Assembly: GCA_002633005.1 (NCBI GenBank)
Contig: NMRA01000533.1
Coordinates: forward strand, 62,001 to 126,000
Direction of reading: 5' to 3'
DNA from: Phoronis australis
Taxonomy: Eukaryota > Animalia > Phoronida
DNA length: 64,000 nucleotides
Numbering within the stretch: the first letter of the stretch is position 1; the number at the start of each line of letters is the position of its first letter. This document shows positions 1 to 13,800 of this stretch, in pieces. The notes below the pieces were generated by a model. It saw only the letters and a program-made list of their open reading frames with translations, made no database searches and was not told the origin of the DNA. The position numbers were made by a program, and so were the translations under genes.

Positions 1-469
1 TAGTTTTACATTCTTGGAAACCCAATCCTTTACCTTTTGTTTAAATTCAAAAAGAAAAATTGCTTTATCTCCTTCCCCTTGCTGAGCCCAAAGATAGCCA
101 AATCTATATTTACACAAAAATTGTGTAATACGGAGTGGTCAAAGTAGTTTTCTATGGAACGCCACTAGCGTCACCTTGTGACGGGTCTTTTCTGACACGT
201 GACAAGTCATTTTTGACACGCTGACGCGTCATTGCTGCTGTCGAACTCGTGTGGATGTTCTTAAATTAACCAATAAGTGTTAAGGTTTTACAGTGTGTTG
301 ACTAAACCAATGAGATCGTCATGTTTTGAGGTGACTGACAAGAATAAGGGCTGTCAATCATATATCGACTTGGTATTCCAAGAGACAAAAACAGGAGTTA
401 CTGAACACCGAAGTGCCCCGGAAATATGTATTGGATGACTTCAAGGAATTTGTACGATCAGCAAGTACA

Positions 470-680
470 GCACACATCACGAATTTTTGTCCGACCGGTC
501 GGAAAATGGTCGACGACCGGCCGTCGACCGGTCGTCTAGCCGACCAGCAGCCGACCAACAACGGTCGGCTACTAGGAGCCGTCTGCTGAGTCGCCTCTGT
601 GGTCGGCACTTGGGTCGGCTAAGTGGTCGCCTAGCGTAGACGACCAAAACGGATTAAGCGTGTCCTTGGTCGGCAATTAC
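470..680. repeat. GC-rich patch of CCGACC/GGTCGG motifs and palindromes, probably the terminus of a non-autonomous DNA transposon
   Basis: Perfect palindrome TCCGACCGGTCGGA (490-503), inverted repeat GGTCGACG..CGTCGACC (508-529), and further CCGACC/GGTCGG copies in both orientations in an AT-rich background. Confidence 0.45.
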
Positions 681-3599
681 CATTTTATGACTTAGCGATG
701 AACTTTGGCCAAACAAAGATTTAACTGTTCGCTGTTCGTTCACTAGTGGCAACTCCGGTCTTGACATCGATTTATCAACTTTAGTTCAACCATTGAAGGG
801 AGGTAAAATCGAATCAACCTACAAATACGAAGTGTGTGACATTGCACCAGCCTAAAACTTTATGTTGAATTAATGGCGGGGTGATAAAATCAAACGTCAA
901 GTCAGTGATATCGCGGAAGCATAATTTCTAACTTTGGATACGAGACTTTTTATATAGTACATTATGCATAAAAACAAGCACGAAGTTTAAAATTTTACAG
1001 TAAAATTGCATAAAAATCTGAATACAACGCTGGATGTTTTACAACCTCAAGTGTTTTCACAACGCGGAATGCTCAACAAACACCACGCATTTGCGCTCAT
1101 CCGTTATTGCTCTTGATCATCACTTCATCAAGCTGTATATTGCGCTTTACCACAGATAATTATTGTTTATGTCTGTATAATTTCTTAATATTCTGTTACA
1201 GCAATAGAAAACAAGTTTATTTTAGGAACAACATAAACAATGGTTTGAACATACATGTAACGCCGATGTTAAGATCATGGGCGCATGAAAACGGTAGAAC
1301 GTGATCGGTCTATAGTGTCATCCATCATCCATCATCATTCTGAATTTGTTGTCGCTTTCGCAGTAAAAATCGTTCCGAAGCTAGAGTCTTCCTATCTAGC
1401 CAGTTAGCTGAATGAAGACTATTTTCAAAATACAGCAAGGTGCCAGTGTATTGAGCTCAAACAGACCTCGAAATTTCACACTCAGCCCGGATAGATACGC
1501 TCGTGACCTCGAAGCTTCTATTAACATAAGCTAAAGACCGGCGGGGGTACATGAAAAATCTCGAAGTCAATTGACATTCAACTTGCCCGTTACGGCCGTT
1601 TAAGCGAAAAACATCCAATGTCATCTTCTTGCGTAATTGTCTGCCTTTTGTAACGAAAAAAGCGTATGTCGTCGTTTTGAAAAATGTTCATTCGGGACAC
1701 GCGCCACTTCCAAATATGTTTTCGACATCTCCCATAATATGATGACAACATCTCAGCAAAATTTGTTCTAAAATTCGGTTTACTGATATCAAAATTCCAA
1801 AAACATATAATGAAGTGAAAACAATTCTGATCATTTGTTGAGACGTTTACGCAATCTCGAGGGAGAACGTTTGATTGAAGAATCTGGGAAAAAGAAACTG
1901 ACTAATAGGTGACGCAATATTTCATTGCGTCGAAAGTCGACACAAAAGATCACACCATGACTTTAGCATCAGAATAATTGTAGAAAACCAATTTTTGCAA
2001 CGCTGGTAAATAATTTAGATTCATACTCAATCCCAAAGTCAAATCACACAGATTTTCCTTTTTTACATTGAATTATTTGGTGCAATTAGATAGGAATTAT
2101 GCAAGTTTCACTGTGCGTAACAATATTTAACATGTTGAATGGTGAGAGTTCACTTGGGTACATTGTGACCTATGACGGGGGGTATTCCAGATAGGGTACT
2201 AGTAGTGGGATCGGAATGTCCTTTCGCATTCAATAACCTAGATCTTCCCGACAAACCTGAGCAAATCAGTCCAAATAGGCAATACAATAGTTACATTGGT
2301 GATTCATAATTTTGAGAACCAGGCACATGCTCGCACCCAGGGGAGGCTCGAACGAGCACCCCCCCCACTCGCCGAAGTAGGCATGAAAAGGTCAGCCTCA
2401 TAGAAACCAAAAAAATTGAGAAAACGAGACACATGTCCACTAAAAAGCTGTAATTCAGGAATGCACTGTTTACAGCTCTGAACATACCCCATTTTTTGGT
2501 AAAAGGTCAACATGCCCAAAATTGTTAGCACCCCCCATATATTTTAGGATGGGTGCGTGGATGAGGCAAGTGAACCTTGCAAATTATTGACCTGTAGTGA
2601 TATGAGATTTCAAAATCAGGAGCTTCCAAGAATTACTACGAACATAGACATAAGCACACACAACCAATGCCAATATACCCAACTTGGGAAATGATTACAC
2701 TTTGCCTTGGTAGTCCCCCCCCTTGCATTGATCACACTGACACAACCTCAGAAGACAGAAATATAATAGATTAATAGCTTTAACTGAACGTTATGGCTTC
2801 CTCTGATGGACCTCCAGAAGTATATTACGCGTTAGAAGTTTAGATAATTCACACACAGAATGAGTCCATGTCGGTATGTGACAGCGTGACTCGTTAGTGG
2901 CTGACAATAACAACTGAACTTAACACGTTCGTTGGAAATCACACCACCCATTGTTGCCAATCGATTTTAGAACGCTCTCTGGCACTAATCTGACTTCCAA
3001 AACTTGTGAAATGTCTTCTTGCTGGCTCTGCCCGTAGTAATATCAACTTCATTGTCGCGGGCTAGCCAACACACGACTTTTTCTTCGAAGTTGACTGTCG
3101 TTATAAAATTCAAACTGTTGACTTCCGGTGGAAACTGCCTTACGAATACAACTCAACACAAAGGAAACTTGCACAATAACTACGTTTTTTTAAGAATTGC
3201 ATGAGTTCTATTGATTAGATTGTACTGACCAGGTCAGTGTCTCAGGGGATTAACACTGGGTGCATTCTTACTGCTGTTGGTCACCGGATGTTCGTCTACA
3301 TTTAAATTCACGCGCGATAATGATTACGTAATTGCACTAAATCAGTACTGGTTAAACTTTCGTCCTTTTACGGTTTGTATCTATATAAATGTTAAGGAAA
3401 CATTTGGGCAACATTTTTATGAGATGATGGGTTTTGCATGAGCAAATAATTATTTTTTGTTGGAAAATAATGGGAAAATTTTTGAACCAAAAATTAAAAA
3501 ATATCTCACTATATTCAAATTTTAAAAACTAGAAAACGTAAATTTTCATCACATAGAAACCTTAGTGTTTTTAGAAAATTCAAGTTTTCCACACATGAA

Positions 3600-4076
3600 A
3601 AAATCCAGTTTTCTGAAAAACTTAAGAAGTCAGGAAAACTTAAGTTTCTATAATTGGAAAAACTAAAGTTTTCGAAAAACTTAAGAAGTCAGGAAAACTT
3701 AAGTTTTTAAAATTACAAAAACTTAAGTTTTGCGATAAACTTAAGTTATCAGAAAAACTTAAGTTTTGTTAGTTCAAAAAACTTAAGTTTTCATGAAAAC
3801 TTAAGTTATTACTTGAAACTTAAGTTTGTTTTACACCTGAAAAAACTTAAGTTTTCTGAAAAACTTAAGTTTTCTGAAAAACTTAACATTGTGCTGAAAA
3901 ACTTAAGTTTTTGGCGAAAACTTAAGTTTTAAAAACTTAAGTTTCTTTTAAAAACTTAAGTTTTTCGGAAGAACTTAAGTTTTTCCTCTAAAACTTAATT
4001 TATTTTCCAAAAACTTAAGTTTTTTCGCCAAAAACTTAAGTTTTCAGCGAAAAATTTAAGTTCATTTTTGTAAGGG
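3600..4076. repeat. Tandem array of the palindrome AAAACTTAAGTTTT (~20-24 bp period, >20 copies), likely one arm of an EnSpm/foldback-type non-autonomous element
   Basis: Visible core AAACTTAAGTT with short variable spacers. The array ends in TTTTTGTAAGGG (reverse complement CCCTTACAAAAA), resembling CCC-starting termini of animal EnSpm-like elements. The partner arm was not found. Confidence 0.75.
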
Positions 4077-4590
4077 AAGTCTTGAATGGGCATTGAGAAA
4101 ACTTAAGTACGATGTGCATTAATAGTTCGACCATCATAATCAGAGCAAGTTCTACTTAAATGTTGGAGGCACATGTGCTCAGTTGCAGGCTGAGGAAAAC
4201 GAACATACCAAATGACGTGCGAGACAAGATTTCAGTATGTCGTATGAAATTTAATTGTGCCCAGGGCATGTAGTTTGCTCCAAAAATGAGCCCTGTAAAT
4301 TTGTTGTTTACTTTCAATATGGTTCTCAAGATGTCTTTTGAAACAGAAAACTGGAACAAAATGCTTTTAATGTGATGTTAAAACATATAAACCATGTTTA
4401 TGTCAAGAAGAAAAATGCATGCATGTGACAGCAGTAATTTTAAATGCATTTAATCTAGCCTCAAGCTGTGAATTTTTCATGTTATGTTCTCTATAGTGGA
4501 GGTACTGTTTGTTCTTTAACCAGATTTGTCATGAATGCTTTGAAAAATGGAATGTATCACGTTTTTCCCCTTGTGTGGGTGGGCGCAGGT

Positions 4591-5379
4591 TGTTACAGAC
4601 CGGTGCTAATAGCTTTCGGTGCGAAGATTGATTGAAAACTGGTTCGAGTTAATCCTTTATTAATCCCGACCGTATGTTCACAAGCCTACTCAAACAAAGC
4701 GTCCGACGTAATGTCTGTTTATGCTCCAGCCAGTGCTGCGAAGCCTTGACTTGTGATGAACTTTGAGACACTTCCAGCAAGTGTTACACTCGTAGGTTCA
4801 ATAGCCTGCTTTCTCTATAGCTGGCTCTCTATTGACTATCGCTGTAACTGCTGATTCTCTTCACTGCAACTCAACTGTAGTTCTCCTGATTAACTTTCTT
4901 GAACTTACTTGATCTTCTCTTGATCTCCCGACTTGATCTTCTCTTGAACTGACTTGATCTTCTCTTGAACTGACGTGATCTTCTCGGACTCAACTGACTA
5001 ACACAAACCCGCGCTTGTGTATTTACATCCTAATGCATTGTTCTGGAACTTTTCATCAATTCAAGCACATTCTAGAACTTTCCTGAATCTACCCAACCAT
5101 TCTACAAACATGTACTAGTCTCTAGAATATTCCAGACTGCATTAATCACTGTCATAATTAGAGTCTTCTAGAAAGTTCCACACTATACTATAGTAAACAA
5201 ATTACATCATCACTGTTCTGACCTCAGTCTTCTAGAAAGTTCCACACTATTTTATAGTAAACAAATTACATCATCACTGTACTTAACTCGGGGGTCATGC
5301 CAATCAAACAGAATAACAAAACAAAACAAAACAAAACAAAACAATACAACTAATAATACTGTCAGACTATATTCTGACA
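4591..5379 (-). mobile_element. LTR-like element (possible solo LTR) with internal tandem repeats and heat-shock-element cluster
   Basis: Begins TGTTACA and ends CTGACA. Has minus-strand AATAAA (~4656), CTTGATCTTCTCTTGAACTGA repeats (4900-4985), a ~55 bp direct repeat (5163-5217/5227-5281) and a (CAAAA)n tract. No TSD identified. Confidence 0.45.
5041..5245. promoter_or_regulatory. Cluster of canonical heat-shock elements (nGAAn inverted arrays)
   Basis: TTCtaGAActTTCctGAA (5070-5087, four perfect units), TTCtaGAAagTTC at ~5166 and ~5230, plus imperfect TTCtgGAA (5041) and GAAtaTTC (~5125). Confidence 0.6.
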
Positions 5380-5877
5380 GAATGGAACTGTCAACTGTAT
5401 ACAGATGCTGCTTAAGCCCCTGTCACATTCGTGGTATGATGCTAGCAGAGCAACAAAAATGCTGTTGTACGATAGTCTTCTGTATTGTTATATTTGCAGT
5501 CACATTTGTTGTGCAAATGTTCTACGACATTAAACCAAGGTGTTGCAAGACATATTTTATGCCTGACATCCAATGATATGTAGTCATATTTTTAATGTTC
5601 GACGGTCCCATAGCATGTACGTGATGGTAAAACGTTTGGGGGCTGTCGGTTGTCTAGTACGATTGTAGGACTATTCTAGACTCTCAGATAACCCAAAGAT
5701 CGTATGGCAGTCGTACAACTATCACACAACAAATGTGAGGCATCGCACCACAGTGTTACGATATAGATCTGTTGTAGAACTGCTGTACGACGTTGAAATG
5801 ATTTTGAACAAGTTCAAAATTTCCCGACGCTGTTCTTGGCATGCAATTTCAGACCATAATAATTGCCAAAACCGTCC

Positions 5878-6822
5878 ATTTTTATGCGCCCACATGTTTA
5901 TGTGCGTCCGCATCTGTATCTCCTAAACCCCTCACAGGATCTTGAAGAGATTTGGTAGATGTGTTTCTATGAAGCTGACGACAAATGATGACGAATCTCA
6001 GACCTATCCGACCACCGGTGTGCCCCTAGTGGCAATTTTATTTCTTACGCTTATTTCTATATCTTCAGAGATCCTCAAATGATTTTCATATAATTTGAAA
6101 TATAGGCATCTATCAGTGAGATGACGCTAACCTCTCGTTTTCAGGTATATTTGCGGTATTTTGAACCACCTAGTGGCCATTTTGTTGTCTTCGAGTCTGT
6201 TTTTTGGCGTCTGCCCCTATATCAACCAAACTACTCCAAGGATGATTATGAAAATTGGCATATAGGTTGTTACTATGACGAGGACAGCTGACGATTTTCT
6301 GACAACTTCAAGTACTGTGGCGCCTCATAGTGGCAATTTTGTTTGTTTTTGGGCCCATGGCTGTATCTCCTTAACGCTATGCAGGATCTGTACTAAATTG
6401 AGGTAGTGTATTTGTATGAAGTCGACAACAAACTACGACGGCTTTCAGACGGATCGGACTATCGGTGTGCCCTCTAGTGGCAATTTTTATTTTTTATGTT
6501 CACCTCTATCTTCAAATGTCCTCAACGGATTTTCATGAATTTTTTCACATGGGCTTCAATTAGTGGTATGACATCATTTTCCGGCAATTTCATTTTTTTT
6601 TCATTTTCCTCTGTTTCTCAGAAGTTCCTTGATAGATTTGTATGGAATTTTGTAAATAGGTTTCTATTAAAGAAGCGGTGACATTTTCCTATTTTGTTAT
6701 GGGTTGGACGTATTTTGCGCCATCTAGTGGCAATTTTTATGATAGAAGTAAATACCCTTAGATGCACTCCATTTTCTGAGCATTTGTGGGCGCATTTCAA
6801 GGCCCTGCGTTGCTCTTGTTTA
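5878..6822 (+). mobile_element. HINE/pearl-like non-autonomous element with internal tandem repeats
   Basis: Subterminal inverted repeats ATGCGCCCACA (~5884) / TGTGGGCGCAT (~6785), T-rich flanks, and five internal units sharing (C)TAGTGGC(A/C)ATTTT. Confidence 0.6.
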
Positions 6823-7363
6823 TTTTTAAAGGTTCCTAATTTTGTGAACGCTTACAATTTTTCAAAACTTTGTTTGATGGTAGCTATGGTACAAAACTTG
6901 AAAATGAGAAAGCAATAGTTTGGGGATACTAATGTTCTATGCAAAAAGCAGAAAATAAAACGTCAGTTGTGTGCCATCTGGTGTTCCAAATGTTGTACCA
7001 CGGTCTCTTCACTATCATGATTTTCCCTAACTTCTGTCGCTGACACATCATATACTGTCTCGTTAATGACAAATGTGACTGGCTTAAGTCAGCTGTAATT
7101 TCACCTCATGGTTTCTGCTTATTTGTTTAAAGGTATTTAGTATGTCTCGAATGATCAAGTTTCAACTATAATTTCTGATAACAGATAGTAACCTCTGTGA
7201 GACCGAGTGCCTTAGTGCAGTACTGCAAATGTGCTTACATGGGGTGCCACAAATGTTTGTTGCTAATGTGCATATCACATTTTTAATATTAAATACTAAC
7301 TGTTCAGAAAAATGGCTATATTTTCCTGTCTTATATACACTATAAGTACATCCTTTGTTTTAG

Positions 7364-7800
7364 ATACTGGAATAGACAGTGACACTTGGTTCCTGGTGTA
7401 TGGGAATACATCCTTTAACAACTGTTCTACAACTGTCCTTGATTGCTTTCAAAAAGCGGTAATGAAGTAAGGTGTACCCTCGCGAGTTAGATGTGACCAT
7501 GGTGCATTTATGGAAATGTTCCGTGGTCTGGACAGAGGGAGTGCCATTCAAGGAAAAAGTCTGCACAATCAGAGGAAAGAAAGACTGTGGCGAGATATGT
7601 GGCGTGGTGTCACCAATGTGTACCATGAGATGTTTAATTTTTTAGAGGAGAAACGTGTCTTGGATCCACATGATCAGTTGTCCTTTTGGTGCTTGCACTA
7701 CGTGTTTTACTTAAAATTAATCAATCATTGAAAGCCTTTTAAGGTCAATGGAACCACCTTGGTTTGTGAACAGAGAAGGGTAAGTCATCATACTGGTTGT
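7364..7800 (+). pseudogene. Degenerate DDE integrase-core transposase fragment (eukaryotic IS3/IS481-like, probably IS3EU-type)
   Basis: Translates to [28 protein letters not shown] and [42 protein letters not shown], matching the G-x-PSRVRxDxG and GxSxHNQRIERLWRD motifs of this family. Contains a stop and a deletion. Confidence 0.75.
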
Positions 7801-10714
7801 TTGTTCTGCAAGTGTTGGCACTGCCGCACAGCAATCTGACTGCTGTACTTGAGCTGTTCGAGACACATGTCTGCAAATGCTGATCTACATACCCAAGAAT
7901 GAATAGCTCCAGAATGTTCTCCATGACCTCTCTCAAGTAACAACCTATCTTGGCTTGACGAACTTGTATCTTCACTATACATTACAGAAACTCACAGCTT
8001 ACAAGTGTATCAGAAAACACTGTGATTTGTAAATTCTATTACAAGTTCATATTCTTAGGCGAGGTGCTCATGTTAATTTACCAGTTGAAATGGTCTTTCA
8101 CAAGCTAGTAACTTGTAATCTGTTATACTAGAGTTTCTGCATTGGATGGAAGGATTCATTAAGTTGTTAGTTTGTTCTGTCAATTCCTTCCTGTGTACAT
8201 GTATGTTTGACGTTGTAATTTGTAGGATTCTGCTCTTGACTGGCTTTAAATGTGATTTTAAAGCCTTGATATTTGTGGTCATGGCTGAATTGCTGTTCAA
8301 AGACCTGTGACTATGATAAAGCTTCAATTAGAAGCCTGGGCATTAATAAATTTCCAGTCATGTCAGGAAATCATGAAGCCAGTTCTACCTACATGTACAA
8401 GATTAGTAAACGTGTATAATAAATTGCAGGTTTTAATCAGCGGGATCGCACGTCAGTGATGCAAAGGGTTAAATAGAGTCTTGCCCACCAATTTTGTCAA
8501 TTAAAAGGGTCATCTTTAGGATGAAGATAATTTTCGAAAGATTAAGTTATAAATAAGGGTCAAAGTTCGGCATAATGAATGCCGGGAAGTAGTGTTGAGT
8601 TGTAAAAATAGCAAAACTACAACGCAGACCCTGAAGACATCTTAGTGCAACAGATAACTTTAGTACGATATATCAAGTTCCAGAATCAATTAAGAGAATA
8701 TAAATTAACACAGAACCTCAGCAATTCACCTGGATGGGAGTTATTAATATCGATACTGATAACGATTACATATGCAGGTACACACTATACCAGACAGAAA
8801 CGTTTTGACATCCCAAAATTGAACCAATTCAGAACTTTGGGTCATTCCTTCTGAGAAAAAACAACCTAAAAACTGTCATAAAATCGCGTGTCTCTCAGTG
8901 TCCTATACCCACGGGTCGTGAAACTAGGATGTGCTGCACTGGCACCCTAGGCATAAGATTAGTAGACTCTCCCACAGGTAAAACCTGCAGGTGCTCACCA
9001 CATCGCTGGCAACTCTGTAGTTTCAAACTTGCAGATGGTTATTATGTCAATTACGCACATTTTCAGATACTGGTTAAAAGTTTTCTGGTTTATGAATTTC
9101 GGCGTCCTTTTTCGTTCAACGACACCGAAGTAGGCCAGGCTGACATCCGGCAACTCAGAATTTGTTTAAGGTATTCGTTACCAATGATAAATTCTAATCT
9201 ACAGTACCGTGGGTGTTGGAGCAGTGCAGTGCACGCGAAACTGGCTAAAACCAACCCACTGGATGATTCATAGCAGACGGTTATCCACCGGGGATGATGA
9301 CACAATTAACAGCGAACATCTGCTGCTTTAGGTTTTTCCCTAAATTTTGTTTTGTGAGCACTTTTGGGCAAAGCAATTGGTGCAAATTGTTTAAACTAGT
9401 ACAGTATTATTTCAGGCCATCGGCTCATCACATTATGATGATGTAATGATATACAGGTAGTCTGCCCATCTATTTAGCATGTTCGGAAGATTTTGGTGCT
9501 TTATTCATATTTTTACATCTACGTTTACATCATGTATGATTTAATCTCGATATGTTCCATTAAGTCCATGTAGGAACTACTCGATAAGCCTTTGCATTCA
9601 ATCAAAAATACAAAACAATTAAATTTAATTCGGTAATGTCATATATTTTGCGAAACCGCAAAACCTGTATCATTTTACTTCACACCAGTTCACAGTTGGT
9701 TTGGTCGGTTATGTGACCATTTTGTCTTCGTTTTCGTTTATGCATTCGTGAAAGCCACATTTTGATATCCCACATGCAAAATGAATCAATAAGAAAACAG
9801 TGTCAATCTCAAGGTGGTGTGGAGAATACGCTGCAAACATTTTTGGTCTTGTCAGTGTCAGCAGAAAGTTCTGGGTTTGAGTCCCGGTCGGGGGCAAAAA
9901 CCTTTCAAGACTTACACATGCATTAGTTCACAAGATAATGACAACATATGGTATGCTGAAAAGACTATTAAGTTTTCAATTCCTATCGGCTATTTGTAGA
10001 ACATTGCTGAAAGCGCATCATCACCTGGAAGTTTTACGCGAATTTGATTAGCCCTCCCTTAGATATGATGTAACGAATACATCAAGATTTTGATTTTTTT
10101 CAATAGATCTTCAAAATATCAACATGAAGATTAATTCACACTCCATTGGGAGACTGATGTCGAACGCATATTAACATCTTCAGCGTACATGTACAGCTTT
10201 TCCAGCCTTCCAGTTTGCTTTGGAATGCTGATTTTGTCAATAACGAAACAACTGTTCCACGTACATGTAGATGAATCTGTAAAAGGCATCAAGCCTTAGA
10301 AAGATCCGTTGAGACGGCTACATGTATTGTGTCATGCGGAACTAGTCGTCTCAGATGTTTTCCAGTAACACGATTGATTAAATGTGATCAAAGCAAGGAC
10401 ACGGGTTCTTGTAGCACGCTTGGACACCAAGTTCAAAGTGAACAGAATTCATGTTACATGTACTGTAAGTCACAATAGCACATATACTGCATCAGACATT
10501 GAAAAAGCGGAATGGATGGTGACAAATCAGAGCGTGTATGCATTAAAATCGTGCATCGTTCCTTGCCAACCAGAAATCAAATTTCACTCCCAAACATTAT
10601 CTATTTTGCTATCACAGGTTTGGGACGGTGAATTGTTCCTCCTTAGTCCCCTCAAAATACAAATACGTTACCGACCAATATTAATTATTTTTATTACTCT
10701 TCCTTGATCTACTG

Positions 10715-10813
10715 TATAAACCTCAATTTTTCGTCCACAAAATTTCAGGTTTTTTATAGCTATTGACGTCACCGGCCGCGAGGACCACGTGCTATCAGTG
10801 CACTGTATTTATA
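10715..10813 (+). promoter_or_regulatory. Putative proximal promoter of the EGF-Sushi gene
   Basis: TATAAA (10715-10720), perfect CRE TGACGTCA (10764-10771), E-box CACGTG (10786-10791), Inr-like TCAGT (~10796) and TATTTATA (10806-10813), all just upstream of the ATG at 10846. Confidence 0.45.
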
Positions 10814-10845
10814 CGGAGTTGTGTAGACGGGAGAGCATAACGAAG

Positions 10846-10875
10846 ATGATTGGCTTGCTGGTTCTCTTTGTTTTG
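10846..10875 (+). CDS. Putative first coding exon (signal peptide, MIGLLVLFVL) of the EGF-Sushi gene
   Basis: AAGATG context, hydrophobic 10-aa stretch, consensus donor TTG|GTGAGT. Ends in phase 0, so a small phase 0-to-1 exon is needed before the EGF exon. Confidence 0.6.
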
Positions 10876-13800
10876 GTGAGTAATTTTAGAAAAGTGAAAA
10901 AGTGGCCCATCTCTTGTGTGTGAGTGCACGTACGTGCGTGTTTGTTCAAATGTGTAACAAGCTGGAACTTTATTTGCATCTCTTTCTCTCTCCCGGGGAC
11001 TTACTCAGTGTGCCTTGGGAATGTCGCCTACCGGTTTGTACGCATTATGAGCTTTCAAGTAGTATAGGTGTGCCATTTCATCGATTTTCAGTGAATCTCA
11101 AGATCCGTCAGAATGAGCTCGTTTGTCTCAAGAACGCAGCTTTGCCCGTTCAACCCCTTCCAAAACGTTATCGTATGCGTGATTACCACTTCATACCCTC
11201 AGATTACTTGAATCAGTACACGTACACATGTACGGAAATGAATGTAGAATCAAAACATATTTTGAAGAATGTAGGTATTTCCTGTCTGTCCTTTTTCCAA
11301 GCGCGACACGTCATGAGCTGTAGCCAAGCAGTGACGAAGTTCACAAGCCTGTGTCTACTGTGCCAGAGAACAGTCTTCGGAGTGTCTTGGGCCAGCAGTC
11401 ACCGCTTAATCACCGCTTAATCATTGTCAGTGGCGGTCATTTTGCTGGTGCGCCTAATTAAACATGTGTCGCTTACTCTAGGCTCTCAAAGGCTTAAGAA
11501 ATGTTAAATTACATGTATGTGATCGAGATCTCTATGCTCGCAGACCAATCTCTTCAGTAGTGTAAATGCTAGTCTACATGTACGCGAGTGACATACCAAG
11601 CACGCTTGAAATGCACTAAACTTTGTAGTTGGATTTTTCATGGTATTGCATGATCTCATTTTTCTTGCACTACGGAACGGCGCCGTTTTGATGTACACGT
11701 AGTTGTGTTTTGAGTACTATAAAAGGTATGACCGTTGTTGTTAATTCTAGCATGCGTGCAGCTGGGCACAGAATGCCCATTCGCTCCTCAGAGTACAAGC
11801 CAGGTTCCACGGAGAAAGATGGGCAGGCACCATGCCTTATCACATGGGAACGAACGTTTTGAACGTTCAAGCATCGGTGACAGCTGCAATGGCGACCGAG
11901 AAGTGCAAATTGCGTTTGTCATGCAGGTATGATGCTTTCCAGATACATGTAGTCAAAATGTGCATGGAATGTCAAAAATGGATAAACGAGCGTAATTTTC
12001 ATGAGACCAACAGTTTCTCTGTTAATCTAAAATGCCCAAAGCATATTTCTTGCAAAAATGACCTACATGTATAATCATTAACGTAGTATCCTAGTATAAC
12101 AATGCTGTGCATCCACAGGTTTGTATTTGGTGGCCAAACTTAAACTATTCTGTTCCATAATAGTAGTTTCTATCATTTATTTTTAGTAAACATTGGTATT
12201 CCTAGTTCACTAAATTGATGGGCATGTCAGGTACACGCAGTAGACTCAGATGCGTACACCTGTACAGAGTAGCCTCTGCTAGTTAATCAACACATATTTT
12301 AATACTGATGCAATGGTTATACCGAGCAGAATTAACTCGATGTTTCAAATGCCAGCCAGGTTCAAAAACAGACATTCACGCTGCATTCCTCATCATTAGC
12401 TTGCAAACAGCATGATTACATGTATATTGCAATCGTGCATATCACGCACGTAATCATTGTCCTGGTATTCCTGCTGAACGGTCTATCTTCAGAGTGGCCC
12501 TCAGAAATCCAAAATAACATCTATGTAAACGAAGTGTGTTCACAGACTTACAATTTATAATAACCGTTCAGTGACGGAAGACGCCACCAAATTTAACGTT
12601 GAGATGTGAGATATTCGTGGAAATATGTTCACGATTTGCTAACTCGAACATTATCTCACACATGAAGGGCGGATCGGATTCACATAAAACTTGCATATGC
12701 TATGCTTTGTCAACGTTCCCTAAACTGCTTTCAGGAATTGCTTTTAAAATGTTTCACCTATGCAAGAGAAACAATCAAATTTAGATATTTTACGATTTTT
12801 ATTTTTATACTCAAATGTTGCATAAAGGGAAAATATCTGATACTTCAAGAAACTGGAAGACGATTTTGAGATACCATTCTAAACATTTAAACTAAATATT
12901 TGTATTATTTATAACGATGTATTCTTAATAAAGTACTCTTACTTTTTGCTAATTTTCGTAAAAACCCAAGGATTCGTGAGCAAGATTACAGATTGATGTA
13001 ACGCTGAAATTGAATTTTTCAAGTTTCTACTTTCAGAAGTTTACACTTTACAACGCTATTTTTGAAATTTTCTAAGTTATTGGCTTAATATTTAATCGTA
13101 GAGTTTCGCGTAGAATCGTTATACAAGGCTACAAACAAAAGGGCTCAATTTTAAGGTGACAATCAAGCCTCACGGTCGATTTCAACCAATCAGTGACACC
13201 TCCCAAATAGCTCGTAAAGTCAGAAGCCCAGACTTGTTCGTGTACTGTTAACGTTTAAGGATGTTTCATTCCAAAAAATGTACCATGATAGAGGTTTTCA
13301 AAAGTGGCATTACACTGTGTTTTAAACAAATGCTAATATTAGTATTTCTTGCGCCTTTAATATCCGAACACTTATTTGCAGTCTCACAATGAAGTCGGAG
13401 GACTCCAAGGGGAAAGTTCTTCACAAGGAAGTTCTTTCTCAATCATTTGACGCTACAACTCAACAAAACGTCACGCGTGGAAAGGATTTCAAATTCTTAA
13501 TGCATTTCAATGAACGGCGCAATTTCCTTGGGGACATGCAGTGTGGGGCCAAATTGTATTACGGAACCAAACATGGACCAGGCCATCGCTTAGTAAAGGA
13601 AGTGAAAACAAAACGATACCGACGGGTGTATGGTTTTGTTCAAAAAAGTGAGTTATTTTGTGTTTGCCATTAAGCTCTATCATTTTCAGATAGTAATTGT
13701 ATGACATTTGTAGAAATTACAGTGCTTCAGGTCGCTCACAGGTGATATTCTCCAATGTATAAAGTGCTTCAATCTTACAAGTTGGACAAGTGAATGTCAC

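Noticed and set aside
3600-4110. CRISPR-like appearance of palindromic repeats with variable spacers
   Set aside because: Spacers are only ~0-10 bp, repeats are degenerate, the context is eukaryotic and there are no cas genes.
9810-9900. tRNA gene
   Set aside because: Only a B-box-like GGTTTGAGTCCCGG and no cloverleaf. At most a decayed SINE head.
10902-11420. 172 aa ORF (likewise 20671-21162 and 8929-9273)
   Set aside because: No domain motifs, non-ATG or weak starts, composition typical of random ORFs, and intronic or intergenic position.
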